This document shows positions 8,316 through 16,840 of a stretch of 64,000 bases of DNA, in pieces. How positions within the stretch are numbered: the first letter of the stretch is position 1; the number at the start of each line of letters is the position of its first letter. The stretch is taken from positions 186,001 to 250,000 of the IMG/VR virus record IMGVR_UViG_3300044846_005229; one strand, 5' to 3'. A model generated the notes under the pieces. It was not told the origin of the DNA and did not search any database. It saw only the letters and a program-made list of their open reading frames with translations. Both the position numbers and the translations under genes were made by a program.

Positions 8316-8367
8316 AAGATGGTTGGTTTTTCTGTTACAAAGAAAGGTTAGATTGCTGAACCATCTT
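8316..8367 (-). ncRNA. stand-alone CAGCAA stem-loop module
   Basis: AAGATGGTT/AACCATCTT 9-bp stem closing a 34-nt loop that starts CAGCAA and ends GAAAAACC; covaries with 8006-8054. Confidence 0.7.
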
Positions 8368-8407
8368 ACGGGATTGCCTTACTTACCGCCCATTAACCCT
8401 ATTTCCA

Positions 8408-9914
8408 TCAGGCGAATACCATACCCACAGAGTCATACCTTTCAGTATATACCGCGTCCCGCATCAGGGACAATGGGGGTAATTGCATTGCCGGTAAGAA
8501 CTGCGGTCAGGATTGACGGAGAGCAACCGCTAACGAGAGCGGTACCGGAATCATGGACCTTCATCGGGACGTTATCTGAGGAATTGACATTCCAGAAGAT
8601 GACATCAGGCAAGCTATAACCAGCTTGGGCATACTTGATTCGAATTGCTTCGTAGTTAGTGACTTTTTTTCCGCTATACCCCCAACCAGAACCAGTGCCA
8701 CCCATGACAACACAGTCATCAAACTGCATGTCTGAGACAATAATCAGTTTGCGGGGCATGTCTGACTCTGGAATGTTGTTCCGAACTGCAGTATCCAGAA
8801 TAAGGTCAAACGTCTTTTGGATGTCAGTGTTACCACCCCAATCTGCTCGGCTCAGGTTTCTAACCTTGCTGGAGAGACTATTGCCAGTCACAGTTTGTAG
8901 GGAGGGGTTACCCGAAAATGTTAGAAACTTGTTTTTCCAGATGCCAGTATTACGCTCTGCGATATACATCGCCAGAGAGATGGATACTGCCATCGGACGA
9001 CCCTCCATGGAACCGCTAACATCGGCAACAACAAGCCCATTCAATTCCTTGCCTTCCATGTAGTTGGGTAGAGCCTGCCAGAGGAGTTCAAGAGTATCGT
9101 TTGATTCGTTGTTATAGAGACACTTCTCAACGATGTCATACGGGTACAAAGTACCGGCATTGATTTTTGCCTCGCCTTTCTTGACTGCATCGAGGTAAGA
9201 CTGGTAGCGAGCACCATCATGGTTAGCAAAAGCTTTCCGATACATGAAGCCTGCACGAGAAGGCAACTTGCTATACTCAATGGCGTCCCACTCACGGGCA
9301 CACATTGGTTGTTCTACGATATTGATTTGGGTGCGAAGCGCAGTCAGGGCCTTGCGGTATTGACGCTCATTCCAACCCATTGCCTTAGCGATAAGACGGC
9401 CAACCCGCTTGGATTCCTTGCTAGAAGCGTTAATGGAAGGTAGCCATTTTGCTAGTAGTGACACTGGGTTTCCAACTTCGGTGTTCAGGTCAGTATTAAG
9501 CTGCGTCTTAATTGCTTCTAGGGCGATGACCCAAACTAGCGTCCCTTCGAGGGCCACAACATCGTCCCAGCGACCGTACTGCGGGATCAGGCCTACCAGC
9601 TTAGCTCCAATGGTCGCATCATTGCGAACCAGCTCCTTGAAGACTTCCCGGAAGATTTTTCGTTCTCCTTGCCCAATCCCCCTAATATCACGTGCCCAAA
9701 ACAGGATCCGGGTCGCAGTTTCAGGATCTTCGGCATAGGCTGACTTAAAGAGTTTAATGGCTGCATCAACATTATCACGGCAAGCTGCGATTTTACCGAA
9801 AAGGTCTAGGTTCTTTTGGCCCGTGGACCTATAGGCCTTTGCGCCGTTTGCAGTTGTGGTGATATTGGAGTTGGTATCCAGTTGGTTCTCAAGTGCATTC
9901 AAAAAGGTTGTCAT
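8408..9914 (-). CDS. DUF2828 family TROVE/Ro60-like + vWA domain protein (apparent +1 frameshift in the G5 run at 8475-8479)
   Basis: TTANGAKAYRSTG, WARDIRG.GQGER, YGRWDD, AKWLP, MIDAS VVADVSGSM, IVSDMQFD; removing one C restores the C-terminus ITPLSLMRDAVYTERYDSV. Confidence 0.85.
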
Positions 9915-10064
9915 TTTTCTTCTCTCAAGTTGATTGTTTTGTGTTTGTGTTTCGGATACAAATAATAGCTGTATCAACTTTGCCCCTAGGAGTTAATTTT
10001 AGGGGTGGTGGTGGGGGGCACTGACGGCCCCGATATTGGGCAGTTTGTAACTTAGCTGGGTCAA

Positions 10065-10265
10065 TCAGCGCAGGTTGTCCACACCGGCAATTTCTCCTTG
10101 GAGACGTTCTACGGCTTCACGGGCCATATCTTCCCAGAAGGAAGGATTGAGGGCTAGGTTAATGCCTTTTTCAATCCAATCGGTCGTCTCTGCGCTGTGG
10201 ATAGCTTCCCTTCCGGTTTTGGTAAATCGACCTCGGGATTCGTTCCAGATTTGTTCAAAATTCAT
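10065..10265 (-). CDS. small hypothetical protein
   Basis: MNFEQIW... directly after the promoter at 10305-10332. Confidence 0.6.
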   Translation of the reverse strand: MNFEQIWNESRGRFTKTGREAIHSAETTDWIEKGINLALNPSFWEDMAREAVERLQGEIAGVDNLR

Positions 10266-10304
10266 GATTGTTACTAGGGACTCAATGTTTAAGCATTCAT
10301 TGCT

Positions 10305-10332
10305 AGTATAGCATGGGTGACCCAAAAGTCAA
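10305..10332 (-). promoter_or_regulatory. sigma70-like promoter probably driving DUF2828 and the RNA cluster
   Basis: TTGACT-16 nt-TATACT with extended TG. Confidence 0.7.
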
Positions 10333-10354
10333 TGCCTGCGAGGGAATCCTACGA

Positions 10355-10897
10355 TTAGTACCCTAAATCGGGAGGAGCTTTGCCCCCAACTACAGCCGGT
10401 GAAAACCTAACTACGGTTACCTCCCCCATGTCCCCCAAATCTTCGGCAAACTTGTTCAAGCTAGCGAGAACCCTATCGGGGTTTCCACCTGCCAAACCAC
10501 ACCCAATCATTGGGAATCCGATTTTAACGGGAATTCTTGTTTCAGGGGGTAAACCCTGGCGACATACCTTAGCATATAACCTATTGAGAAATGTCTCAAA
10601 GGCTTCGTACTCAAATATGTCTTTGCCACGCCCAAATGTAAACTGGGTATAGGCGTTAATAATCGTAAAGCCACAACCATTTGCCCCCACAACGTCAACT
10701 TCGGAAAAGGTCCCGAGTTTATTCCGGGTGCCATACTTTGTCTGTCTATCGGCGATAGCCACCTCTGGCCACCTCTTCACAATTTGACCGGCGATACCGC
10801 TAGCCATCGTATGGAAGCAATTGGCACCATGACAAATAATGTCGAAGTCACCATTGTCTGCCATTGTGAGTAGGTTGTTGTCAATAATTGTTAACAT
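10355..10897 (-). CDS. macrodomain (ADP-ribose binding/hydrolase) protein
   Basis: HGANCFHTMASGIAGQI, INAYTQF, IGFPMIGCGLAGG motifs typical of phage macrodomains. Confidence 0.9.
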   Translation of the reverse strand: MLTIIDNNLLTMADNGDFDIICHGANCFHTMASGIAGQIVKRWPEVAIADRQTKYGTRNKLGTFSEVDVVGANGCGFTIINAYTQFTFGRGKDIFEYEAFETFLNRLYAKVCRQGLPPETRIPVKIGFPMIGCGLAGGNPDRVLASLNKFAEDLGDMGEVTVVRFSPAVVGGKAPPDLGY

Positions 10898-10950
10898 CCG
10901 ATTAGGTCCAATTTGGGTGGGGAATTTGTGAGATGGCGATACCCTACCAC

Positions 10951-11778
10951 TCAAAGTGGCGGGTGGTTAAGTTTATTGAGCACATATTCAAGTCTGGTGG
11001 GCTTTAGATCAAGGGGGATGTTATCTAAATTACCTGATGCGCCCGTACAATCGCCTTCTACTCCTGTGCAGTCCCCAATTAAGTTAGAGCAGTCCCCAAT
11101 TAAGTTAATTACCCTCCCGTATAAACCAGTGCAATTGCCGGTTAGGCCAGAAATAAATCCCCTCAGATTGGAGCAATCACCAAATAAATCCGGGTTAATG
11201 GTCCCTAAAGCCCCCGATAGGTCACCTGTTAATTTAGGGTTAATCATCCCTTTAACACCACTCAAGTCCCCGGTTAAGTCTTTATTAAGAGTACCGGATA
11301 AGCGTCCCCATGGGTCAATACCTAAACCCATATTACCGTACAAATTAGAAACATCCCCCTCCAATGATGGCAAGATTCTTCCCCTAAGATCGGAGTTTAT
11401 CTCACCTGTCAAATAACTCACATCTCCAATAAGCCTAGGATTGATCGTTCCACTGAGGTTAGAACAATCACCGAAGAGGAAAGGGCTTAGTTCGTCATAG
11501 GAGAGGCTCGGGTTTAACCCCTTTTGTACAGCCCCCTCACCATCTAACCAAAAAAATCTTTCGCTAGATTCAAAGAAGTCATGTATCTTGCTTCTCATTT
11601 CTAAGATTTCCGGCTCCAGGGGTATTTGAGGGGTTGCTTCAAATAAGGGTACAAGCTTGCCAACCGCTTCATCCCATGCGTAAGGTGTACGGATATTGTC
11701 ACCTAGCTTAAACCTGACTTCATTTAAGTCATAATAAAAGTCTAGCAGAACATTAAGATTGTCTTGTAACTGAGTCAT
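10951..11778 (-). CDS. protein with GD(C/V/L)S-x-L-x-G tandem repeats (probable beta-solenoid)
   Basis: About 12 imperfect repeats such as GDCSNLSG, GDVSYLTG, GDLSGVKG, GDCTGVEG. Confidence 0.7.
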   Translation of the reverse strand: MTQLQDNLNVLLDFYYDLNEVRFKLGDNIRTPYAWDEAVGKLVPLFEATPQIPLEPEILEMRSKIHDFFESSERFFWLDGEGAVQKGLNPSLSYDELSPFLFGDCSNLSGTINPRLIGDVSYLTGEINSDLRGRILPSLEGDVSNLYGNMGLGIDPWGRLSGTLNKDLTGDLSGVKGMINPKLTGDLSGALGTINPDLFGDCSNLRGFISGLTGNCTGLYGRVINLIGDCSNLIGDCTGVEGDCTGASGNLDNIPLDLKPTRLEYVLNKLNHPPL

Positions 11779-11808
11779 ATGTTGGGAGTTTGTTGGTTTG
11801 TCAATCAA

Positions 11809-11881
11809 GGGGGCAAGGAATCGAACCCCCCCCCCCCCATCAGGCAGCAATACCCTGCGATGCCAACCATCGGTATGCCCC
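11809..11881 (-). pseudogene. degenerate tRNA-like remnant containing a 13-nt homopolymer
   Basis: GGGGCA/TGCCCC acceptor-like, CGATG/CATCG D-like, CAGG/CCTG anticodon-like stem, GGTTCGATTCC T loop; geometry non-canonical. Confidence 0.4.
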
Positions 11882-12078
11882 AAGGCCGGAAGGAGAATCA
11901 GGTTCGGATGCTACGAGTTGACGAAGGGTACCAATCTGGGCCTTGCGGTTGCCTTCATAAATCACAAATACTGAAGCAAAACCGGAAACATCGTTAGTTC
12001 CGAAAAAGGCGCCGGGGGCTTGCATGGTGGTACGAATTGGGATGATGTTGTTGGTGGCGGTAGTAGCGGCGGAGGAGG

Positions 12079-12372
12079 TCATTGTGGGTTGGTAGTTTCT
12101 GAAGGGTTGAGAAGTTCAAACTTCAATTCATTGACATCATTAAGGGCACTCATTGCAGATCGAACGTAGGTATTAGAATTAGCCAACCCCCAAGTAAGAC
12201 CAGTGGCAACTTGTTCAATGGAATAACTACAAGCACCGTCTCGGTTAATTGCCCTTTCAGCCTCATCACAAGCTTCACGCATCGTTTTAATTGATAGGTG
12301 CAGATTGCGAATGATCCTTTCTTCTTGTTGTTGAAGTTGCCGCTCAATGATTATTTTGACTTTGGGATCCAT
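12079..12372 (-). CDS. hypothetical protein
   Basis: Start MDPKVK after AC-rich leader. Confidence 0.6.
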   Translation of the reverse strand: MDPKVKIIIERQLQQQEERIIRNLHLSIKTMREACDEAERAINRDGACSYSIEQVATGLTWGLANSNTYVRSAMSALNDVNELKFELLNPSETTNPQ

Positions 12373-12518
12373 TTTGATGGGTGTGTTTTTGAACAGGTGA
12401 TGTAGTCGCGGGGTCAATACCATTGTAGGGTATGCCCACCCAATAATCAAGGGCGGTAAACCGACCATTGCCCCTGGTTGAGGGTTCGGAGGAACTTAGC
12501 TGTATCCTCAATACATAC

Positions 12519-12587
12519 CATTTAGTTGGATTCCCGATAAATGGCATTTAGTTGGATTCCCGATAAATGCGATTTAGCTGGATTCCC
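12519..12587. repeat. tandem repeat of ~26-nt period (2 perfect copies + 1 partial)
   Basis: CATTTAGTTGGATTCCCGATAAATG at 12519 and 12545, degenerate copy at 12572. Confidence 0.85.
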
Positions 12588-12966
12588 TATATTTGCTCCC
12601 GTTTGCTCTAAACTTGCGGCTGAGGCGTTCAAATTCCTTGCGATCCTTTTCATCTTGACTGGCTTTTAGCTTCTTGGCGTTTTCCCTCTTGATTCTCTCA
12701 GCTTCTTGCCATGTGGCTACGCGGGCTTCAAATTCTTCGTCCGTTTCTTCTGCATAGTGCCATGCTGTAAATTCCAAATCGCCGATTAGGTAATCGTCAC
12801 CCCATACCCGTACTAATAAATTAATTTTATCGTGGCCTTCGCTCTTGGCTTGTTGCAGTTTAGAAATGACTTCATCAATGTCGATGTCATCACCATAGGT
12901 TAACAGATTAGGCAAATCTGTAAATTTGTAAATCTGCGTAAGTTTTTCAGTTGGTTTTTTAGTCAT
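12574..12966 (-). CDS. hypothetical protein, paralogous to 62661-63029 and 63081-63440
   Basis: Shared EETD(E/A)E(F/Y)E.R motif. Confidence 0.7.
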   Translation of the reverse strand: MTKKPTEKLTQIYKFTDLPNLLTYGDDIDIDEVISKLQQAKSEGHDKINLLVRVWGDDYLIGDLEFTAWHYAEETDEEFEARVATWQEAERIKRENAKKLKASQDEKDRKEFERLSRKFRANGSKYRESS

Positions 12967-12998
12967 TTTGCTATGGGAGATAGGGGGGTGGTTATGCT

Positions 12999-13223
12999 TT
13001 ATTTGACTTTGCGAATGATGAGGGTAACCCCAAAACTGCAGCCGCATCCAATCATTTGATCCGACTCTATGCCCACAAGTTCATAATCCGAATCGTCTTC
13101 GGGATCATCGGTGCAGACTAGCACATGGGCGGCGAGGCTATGGCTAGCAATCGTCCCATCCGGTTTCATACCAATGTCATCCAGAATAAGGGAATATTCT
13201 CGGTTAAAGTCTTTTAGTTCCAT
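12999..13223 (-). CDS. hypothetical protein
   Basis: ORF MELKDF... in array. Confidence 0.55.
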   Translation of the reverse strand: MELKDFNREYSLILDDIGMKPDGTIASHSLAAHVLVCTDDPEDDSDYELVGIESDQMIGCGCSFGVTLIIRKVK

Positions 13224-13262
13224 GTTATGTGGTTCAGGTTGAACTAGGCAAAGTCTAAACAA

Positions 13263-13715
13263 TCAAATCCCCATCGAAAGGTGCGCTTCATCGCGAATCC
13301 CCTCAAGGATGACCCCAAGTTTGTTGGCGCCATCTCCGGTCACAACATCAACACCCCAATAAGTGTCTCCCCAAGTGTTGCCTTCGATTAGCTTTGCGTT
13401 CCCTGTTTGTGCTAGGAGGTTTTTTAGATCTGGGTTCTGAAATTTAATGCGTAGTAACTCTTCCATAACTTTGTCTTTTCTAAGTTCCCACCCTATAGGG
13501 TCAAAGTCCTTTAAAATGCCGTTGCGGTTCCCGGCGGCTTTAGCCTCGCTTGGAGACTGCATCTTTGCGATTTGGTGGCGAGTTTCGGAGTCCTGAGTCT
13601 TAGCTGCTTGAAAGGCGTGTTCGACTGTGGGGTATTTGATCCCTTCGTATTCTAGAACGCTCTCATAAAAGTTTGACAGAAAGCTGAATTGGCCTGAGAA
13701 TTTGGTAATGGTCAT
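13263..13715 (-). CDS. NADAR family protein (YbiA-like)
   Basis: FLSNFY, YPTVEHAFQAAKT, W...K..VM...L..KF.NP.L...L..TG...L.EGNTWGD.YWG, GANKLG. Confidence 0.92.
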   Translation of the reverse strand: MTITKFSGQFSFLSNFYESVLEYEGIKYPTVEHAFQAAKTQDSETRHQIAKMQSPSEAKAAGNRNGILKDFDPIGWELRKDKVMEELLRIKFQNPDLKNLLAQTGNAKLIEGNTWGDTYWGVDVVTGDGANKLGVILEGIRDEAHLSMGI

Positions 13716-14062
13716 TTGTCTCCGAATTCGATAAACAGATTCATTTCCCAATAGTCAAATTGATCTTGGATGGCGTCCTTCGCTTCGTTGTATTCTTCCT
13801 CGGTAAGGCAGCCGGGGTTCTGATATAGGACCTTCATTCTTTCTAAAGAATTTTGCAGGCCCCGGATATATTCAGATTTGTACTTGCGTTTTTGGTATTC
13901 TTCCAAAGATTCCTTGACGCCGTCAGGCCAATAAATGGTGTCGGTTCGGGAGTCAAATCCTGGTAAGTCTCTGCTGAGGGCTTTGGAATTTTTAGCGGCT
14001 TGCTGATTGCACCATTCTTGTGCCCAGGAGAGTGGGCGAGTTGAGTCTGCTTCGAGTATCAT
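13712..14062 (-). CDS. hypothetical protein
   Basis: Coupled by ATGA overlap. Confidence 0.65.
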   Translation of the reverse strand: MILEADSTRPLSWAQEWCNQQAAKNSKALSRDLPGFDSRTDTIYWPDGVKESLEEYQKRKYKSEYIRGLQNSLERMKVLYQNPGCLTEEEYNEAKDAIQDQFDYWEMNLFIEFGDK

Positions 14063-14283
14063 TCTTTACCGTGAGGGTTGTAGTCTTTGTCGAGATTACA
14101 TGTGACCCAGTTGATTTCATCTCGCATACTATACATTCTTCCGGACACAAAACCTCTCAGAAAAGTCTCAAAGGTTGAACCCAAACGAATGTCATCTTCG
14201 GGGGTTTGTCCCCACATGGTGCGGAAGGCTTCGATTGCTTCCGGCGTGGTTCCGGGCGGATATAGGTAGGTAGTGACTGTCAT
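14059..14283 (-). CDS. hypothetical protein
   Basis: Start MTVTTY; coupled overlap with the next gene. Confidence 0.55.
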   Translation of the reverse strand: MTVTTYLYPPGTTPEAIEAFRTMWGQTPEDDIRLGSTFETFLRGFVSGRMYSMRDEINWVTCNLDKDYNPHGKE

Positions 14284-14560
14284 GTGTTGTGAATGTTGGG
14301 GCGATGAATGTAGCAGGTAAGAGCAAGGAGTGTGATGCCGTATGACACCGGGATAGAATTCACAGGGGTTGACATGACCCCTACGGCCAAGGAAATACAA
14401 GCAATCAAACAATGGAAAGCAAAAATAATTGCTAGCTCCAGAGTGGAATTTCTTTGCCTATAACGGCGAATGTGCCAGTTTGCGTAGCGAATTAGGGGGA
14501 GCATTTTATTTCAGGGATAAACTTTTGGGCATCAGCCAACGGGTCCTTTGGGCACTGGCA

Positions 14561-15652
14561 TCAGCCACTCTTCTTCCCCTTAGATAGCAACCACTCATTA
14601 CTAATGGCCTTAAAGGAAAACTCAGAGTCATTGGACTTGAATACTAAGCCCTCACGTTTAACGTTAGGATTCATGGACGGGCCATCGGCGTACGCTAGTA
14701 GCTCATCTAGGTTGGCGAAACTATCGGTTACACACATTGCGGGGTGTAGGACAGGGGCATGGGTTAAATCAGCGCCTAATGGAACCAGGTACTTGTCCAA
14801 GAGGTTCATTCTGGCCCCTGGCTTCATGTAGGTCTGGTTGTCGATATCGAAGATGTCGAACAGATATAGCCGTTGTCCCTTGATTCCTTCCTGATTGCCC
14901 TGGATGCCTTCTCCAAGGGTTTCCGACTGCAAGGCAATACTGTGACCAGTCTTCCCATTGTATGCAAGCATAGCATCGATAATGCCCTGGTCCCTAGCAG
15001 CCTTCCAGAAACTATTGCCTTCGGTTTCCTTGAGATCAAGGTTACGGCTGCAAACCCCAATGTCACCGTCTTTGACGTAAATCGTACATGAAGATCCGTC
15101 GAGCTTCAGGGTAACTTCGTAGGTCTCATTCCTGTGGGTCTCAAAGATTTCGCTAGCGATATTCTGACAACGTTCCTGGTCTGTCTTCACAAGGAAGCTC
15201 GGGAAGTTGCCTTTTGCAATGCCAGCCAAACAAGCCGGTACAGGAGCCTCCCATTTCTGAATGCCGAGAATTTCGGTTACGTCGTCTCCTTCCTGAAGGC
15301 CCCTCTCAAATGCGGTGACATAGTAACTGAAGTCTACATAGAGCTTTAGAGAAATAGGCAACAGCAACCCTTGGCTGAGTTGCCCACGGAGCTTAACGGT
15401 CTTGAGACGTTCGCCCTTCACGCCGTTATACTCACGGGGCTCTTTCCCATTAGAAAGGAAGGGCGCCAACTCGTGAGGAATAAATGAGTCGGGTTCTGCG
15501 TAAATTACCAAATCCCCTACTTCATACTTCCCCACAGAATCCACAACCCACCAGCCATTCACACGGTAGGCACAGATTCTATCGGCTTCAGGGATGGGGC
15601 GAATCTCAGCAATGCGCTGGACAGATGCAAGTTTGCGTTCGATGTTTGCCAT
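14561..15652 (-). CDS. ATP-dependent RNA ligase, DRB0094/Rnl2-like family
   Basis: RKLASVQRI N-terminal OB-like module, KTDQERCQN, motif I KLDGSS, SRN, REGLVFK, FKAISNEWL. Confidence 0.92.
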   Translation of the reverse strand: MANIERKLASVQRIAEIRPIPEADRICAYRVNGWWVVDSVGKYEVGDLVIYAEPDSFIPHELAPFLSNGKEPREYNGVKGERLKTVKLRGQLSQGLLLPISLKLYVDFSYYVTAFERGLQEGDDVTEILGIQKWEAPVPACLAGIAKGNFPSFLVKTDQERCQNIASEIFETHRNETYEVTLKLDGSSCTIYVKDGDIGVCSRNLDLKETEGNSFWKAARDQGIIDAMLAYNGKTGHSIALQSETLGEGIQGNQEGIKGQRLYLFDIFDIDNQTYMKPGARMNLLDKYLVPLGADLTHAPVLHPAMCVTDSFANLDELLAYADGPSMNPNVKREGLVFKSNDSEFSFKAISNEWLLSKGKKSG

Positions 15653-15714
15653 GTTGACTTCGGGGTTTGACTTTGGGTGTTAAGTGGGTGAAAATTTACG
15701 AACTAAGTTTATTT

Positions 15715-16008
15715 TCAGATAGGGTTCCTTGGCACTCTACGAATTTCACTATAATGGCCATCATAGCAAACTTCAAAATAGACGTAGTCCTTTGACCATG
15801 CTAGGAACTCCCTACCGCAACTAAACCCGAACCCGAACCCCATTACCTCACCACTCCCCATACTGACGGGGTTATTCATTTCCCGGTCTGACAGGGAGAT
15901 TTTCTCAATGTCGTCCAACGTCTCCCCAAATTCAGAAAGAGCTTGTTTGAACCAGTCAAGGTTAGTAATTGTTGATGATTCCATTGATCTCCTAGAAGTA
16001 AATGTCAT
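15715..16008 (-). CDS. hypothetical protein
   Basis: ORF in array. Confidence 0.65.
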   Translation of the reverse strand: MTFTSRRSMESSTITNLDWFKQALSEFGETLDDIEKISLSDREMNNPVSMGSGEVMGFGFGFSCGREFLAWSKDYVYFEVCYDGHYSEIRRVPRNPI

Positions 16009-16017
16009 TGTGGGGTT

Positions 16018-16338
16018 TTACGCCTGGGGGCCATACATAGGGCTAAGAAATGCGCCTAAGTTGCCATCCGGCTGGACTACATCCGCTACCTTCATAATTG
16101 CCCTATGGCAGTCCCGTCTTTGACGAATTCCGCCTAGTTTGTATGCAGATAGGGCGTAAGATTGGGCTAATTCTAGGAACGAATCCCGGATACCTGGTGG
16201 TAACTTTTCAATTTTGTTTCGGGTTTCCTCGGGAATACCCAACCAAAGTGCTTCTAGGTCGGCTTCCGTTTTAGGGTCGGGGATGGAAATCAGGATGTTG
16301 GTCATTGGGGGTGATGGGGATGTGGTGGGATGATGCAA
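16018..16338 (-). CDS. hypothetical protein
   Basis: ORF in array. Confidence 0.6.
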   Translation of the reverse strand: MHHPTTSPSPPMTNILISIPDPKTEADLEALWLGIPEETRNKIEKLPPGIRDSFLELAQSYALSAYKLGGIRQRRDCHRAIMKVADVVQPDGNLGAFLSPMYGPQA

Positions 16339-16363
16339 TCATCATAGCACGTTTTCCTGGAGT

Positions 16364-16732
16364 TTATGCCTGGCTAGCCTTAGCAGCTTCCACAACCTGA
16401 CGCAACCGGAACACTGTTGCGCGGTCTGGCAAGAGCCTACTGTGCCAATCGTAATTGAGGTCGAAATTAATAATATCCTCCCAAGTGTAACCATAGGCGA
16501 ACGGAAAATTACCAACCCAAAGCCTTAAGTCCCCTAACAGGATTGTGCAGACCACTCTACTATTATAACTCCGCTCCAAAATAAGGCCCGTATCAGGATC
16601 ATCCAGAAGTTGATTTATTTTTTGAGAGTGAGTTTTAGAAGTCCTATAGTTGCGTATGTATGTTCCAAAATGTGTCCAATAGAGAATTTTATCCCTAATA
16701 CTAGATTCGATAGCAATGTCAGAGATTTTCAT
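16364..16732 (-). CDS. hypothetical protein
   Basis: ORF in array. Confidence 0.65.
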   Translation of the reverse strand: MKISDIAIESSIRDKILYWTHFGTYIRNYRTSKTHSQKINQLLDDPDTGLILERSYNSRVVCTILLGDLRLWVGNFPFAYGYTWEDIINFDLNYDWHSRLLPDRATVFRLRQVVEAAKASQA

Positions 16733-16827
16733 TGTTTGTCTTTTGGTGTTTGTTTTGGTGGGGTTTACGCGGTAAACCTAGCATTTTCGCCATGCAAAAA
16801 CAAGGGTGCGAACCGAACCGGCTAGGC

Positions 16828-16837
16828 CGGTTAACCG
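16828..16837. promoter_or_regulatory. palindromic CGGTTAACCG operator-like site (also 17836, 18588, 26186, 26937, 27514, 55399; variants 12454, 46941, 57286)
   Basis: Seven exact copies, mostly at gene ends just upstream of minus-strand -35 boxes. Confidence 0.6.
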
Positions 16838-16840
16838 CTC

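Noticed and set aside
11809-11881. Functional fifth tRNA
   Set aside because: Acceptor/T-stem geometry does not fit and a 13-nt run disrupts the variable region; kept only as a low-confidence remnant
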